DNA of 64,000 nucleotides from Eremomyces bilateralis CBS 781.70 (taxonomy: Eukaryota). The translations under genes and the position numbers were made by a program. The stretch's first letter is position 1; the number at the start of each line of letters is the position of its first letter. The stretch is from NCBI GenBank assembly GCA_010015585.1, contig ML975185.1. One strand, 5' to 3'. Below the pieces are notes generated by a model. That model saw only the letters and a program-made list of their open reading frames with translations, did no database searches and was not told where the DNA came from. Below, one piece after another: positions 62,158 to 64,000 of this stretch.

Positions 62158-64000
62158 CGTGACCGAACTGACCCAAGCTGGTGACGCTACAGGAAGGAGA
62201 TGTTCAGTGGAGACTTGGAGAACATGTCAGAACGTGACGTTCTTATGCCACTAATAGCAAGCACGGCCGATCGGAGGTGGGATATTGGTAGACTTAAGGC
62301 TTGTATACCTTGAGCTGCGAGGGGCGCATAAGATATTGGACGGTGGGAGTTGCGGTATGAGCCAACGATTCGGAGATGATGCGATTCTCGGAACAGAGTA
62401 CTAGATACTGTATGGTTCACCCCAGTCAAGCTTCCTCCCTGTTCTATTCACCAGTGTGGATGTGGTGATAGAGGACGTTGAATTATCGGTCAGGACGAGA
62501 GGCCAGCGATGCGGTGCAGGAGCTCGGTGTCACCGTGAAGGATGAAATGTCTCGGGGAGTCGGTGAAGGATCGCGGTCATTTGCGGCTCTTTCCTTCGGC
62601 CCGTCTGGGTGGCTGAGGGAGCTAGCCATGTCAGGTAAGGTGCCATCCTATGCAATCGTTGATTGGCCCTAAATGTTTAGCACCCTGGCACGCGCAGGAC
62701 CCCTGTCGGCCCCAGCACCGCTCTTTCTCACCTTTGGACTGGCGCTGCTGACACACTCTCCTCGACTGTCTACCACACGAGGGCCAACTCACCAAATGTA
62801 TCTTCGCTTCGTCCGAGACGGGAATTATTAGAGCATAGTACCGCCGAAAATCCCCATCAAGCTTTTTTCGCCCGGAGCACTAGACCATACGGGTATGACT
62901 TATGAGTATGATGAGCAATGCTGGGTTTGCCTACTACTGTACTCATCTACACCGCCGCGGTTTGGTATCCTTCTGTATGCTGTCACATATGACATGTTCC
63001 CCTTGCCAATTCTCATTCCTGGTCGTCAAACCATGTCCGTGTCCTTTATTCAACCCCGGGAGCCCCGAGCACATCGAGTGGCCCACCGGTCATTCGGTCG
63101 GCTTGATTATTGATATTCAGCAAATTATGTTCACCCGGTACTCCCGCAATGCTTGCTACTTCGCCAATTTTCTGCTCTTGGACGAAGAGCGGGTCTACAA
63201 AGTCATCCCCTCTATATGTTCGAATCGGTGGTCTGATCCTAATAGACGGCTAGACGAGTAGACATTAACCAGGAACCACAGAATACAGCGCCGATCAAAG
63301 CCATCCCTAAGGTTGACGCCAAGTCGTCTTGCCGAGATACATCTAGGTGGCACCGGACATAAAGGGACAGTCGGCGTTCAAGTTTCGCTCACCTGAATAA
63401 AGAAATTGCTCACCGTTTCGGTCCCTCCGCTAGACCAATCGCCCTTTAAGTGCTTTGGCGGCTTCCTCACACAATGCTCACAAATCGCTCATAACTGAAG
63501 GCGGAGACGATCAGCAGCACCGTCGATCACATACCTTGATTCCATATATCAAGATCTTTCCAACCACAGCCAGTACCGGTGGATTGGACTGTGTGTCTTC
63601 GGAGCAACAAAGGAAACGCAATTCCCATCTCTGCGCCAACCGACCTGCTTCTGTCCGCATCAGCCCTATAGACGCGAGCAAATAACTTCCTCCCCGCTGG
63701 ATCCTCGATCCCACAGAGTTCACGCATACACCGTCAAGGAAACACAGGAAGTCCCAAGGCGACGTGTGTACAACCGATGATCGAGCCAAAACACTCATCA
63801 TTGACTCCACCGCTATTCTCGCGACGCGATACGCCACAATACTGGCTAACGGCTGCCAAGGTCGTCCACCATTCGGACCACCAGGGTCTAGATCGCGGGG
63901 TCGGGACGAAGAGGTCTGCGAAAAGCAAACAGCGGAGAATTGGCGACTACTACAACTTGGAAGCAAGTTCCATTATCGGCCACGATCCACGAGGGTAATC

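Noticed and set aside
62780..64000. Possible gene start or C/D snoRNA (ATGATGA near 62908) at the right edge
   Set aside because: No matching D box with terminal stem or rRNA guide seen, and the ORFs are unrecognisable; may be the leader of a gene beyond the window.
1..64000. Transposons, rRNA, CRISPR arrays, secondary-metabolite backbone genes
   Set aside because: No transposase/RT motifs, LTRs, TIR pairs, repeat-spacer arrays or PKS/NRPS domains were recognised by eye.

Overview
Gene-dense eukaryotic DNA from a filamentous ascomycete (Pezizomycotina, probably Eurotiomycetes; inferred from gene content and short GT-AG introns with CTRAC branch sites). About 23 protein-coding loci were called by motif recognition, with no database search: ATG2 (running off the left edge), an alpha/beta hydrolase, a 2OG-Fe(II) oxygenase, OTU1, a PTR2 transporter, a WSC sensor, RRP6, MDM35, folliculin/LST7, two amino-acid permeases flanking a CmcJ/NvfI-like oxidoreductase, F-box proteins, CCT7, NUP37, APC1/bimE, a FluG-like gene, VPS71, a LEA-like protein and SNIP1/PML1. 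The standout is a tRNA-Arg(CCT) gene at 5560-5691 (-). Its T-stem is split by a 55-nt insert with complete spliceosomal intron signals (GTAAGT...TACTAAC...AAG), and it also carries a 5-nt canonical 37/38 intron, so maturation would appear to need both the spliceosome and the tRNA endonuclease. Two other notable items: a fluG locus whose N-terminal amidohydrolase half is a decayed relic while the glutamine-synthetase-like half stays open, and a 2OG oxygenase with an in-frame TAG at a probable Trp position. No transposon, rRNA or CRISPR array was recognised.
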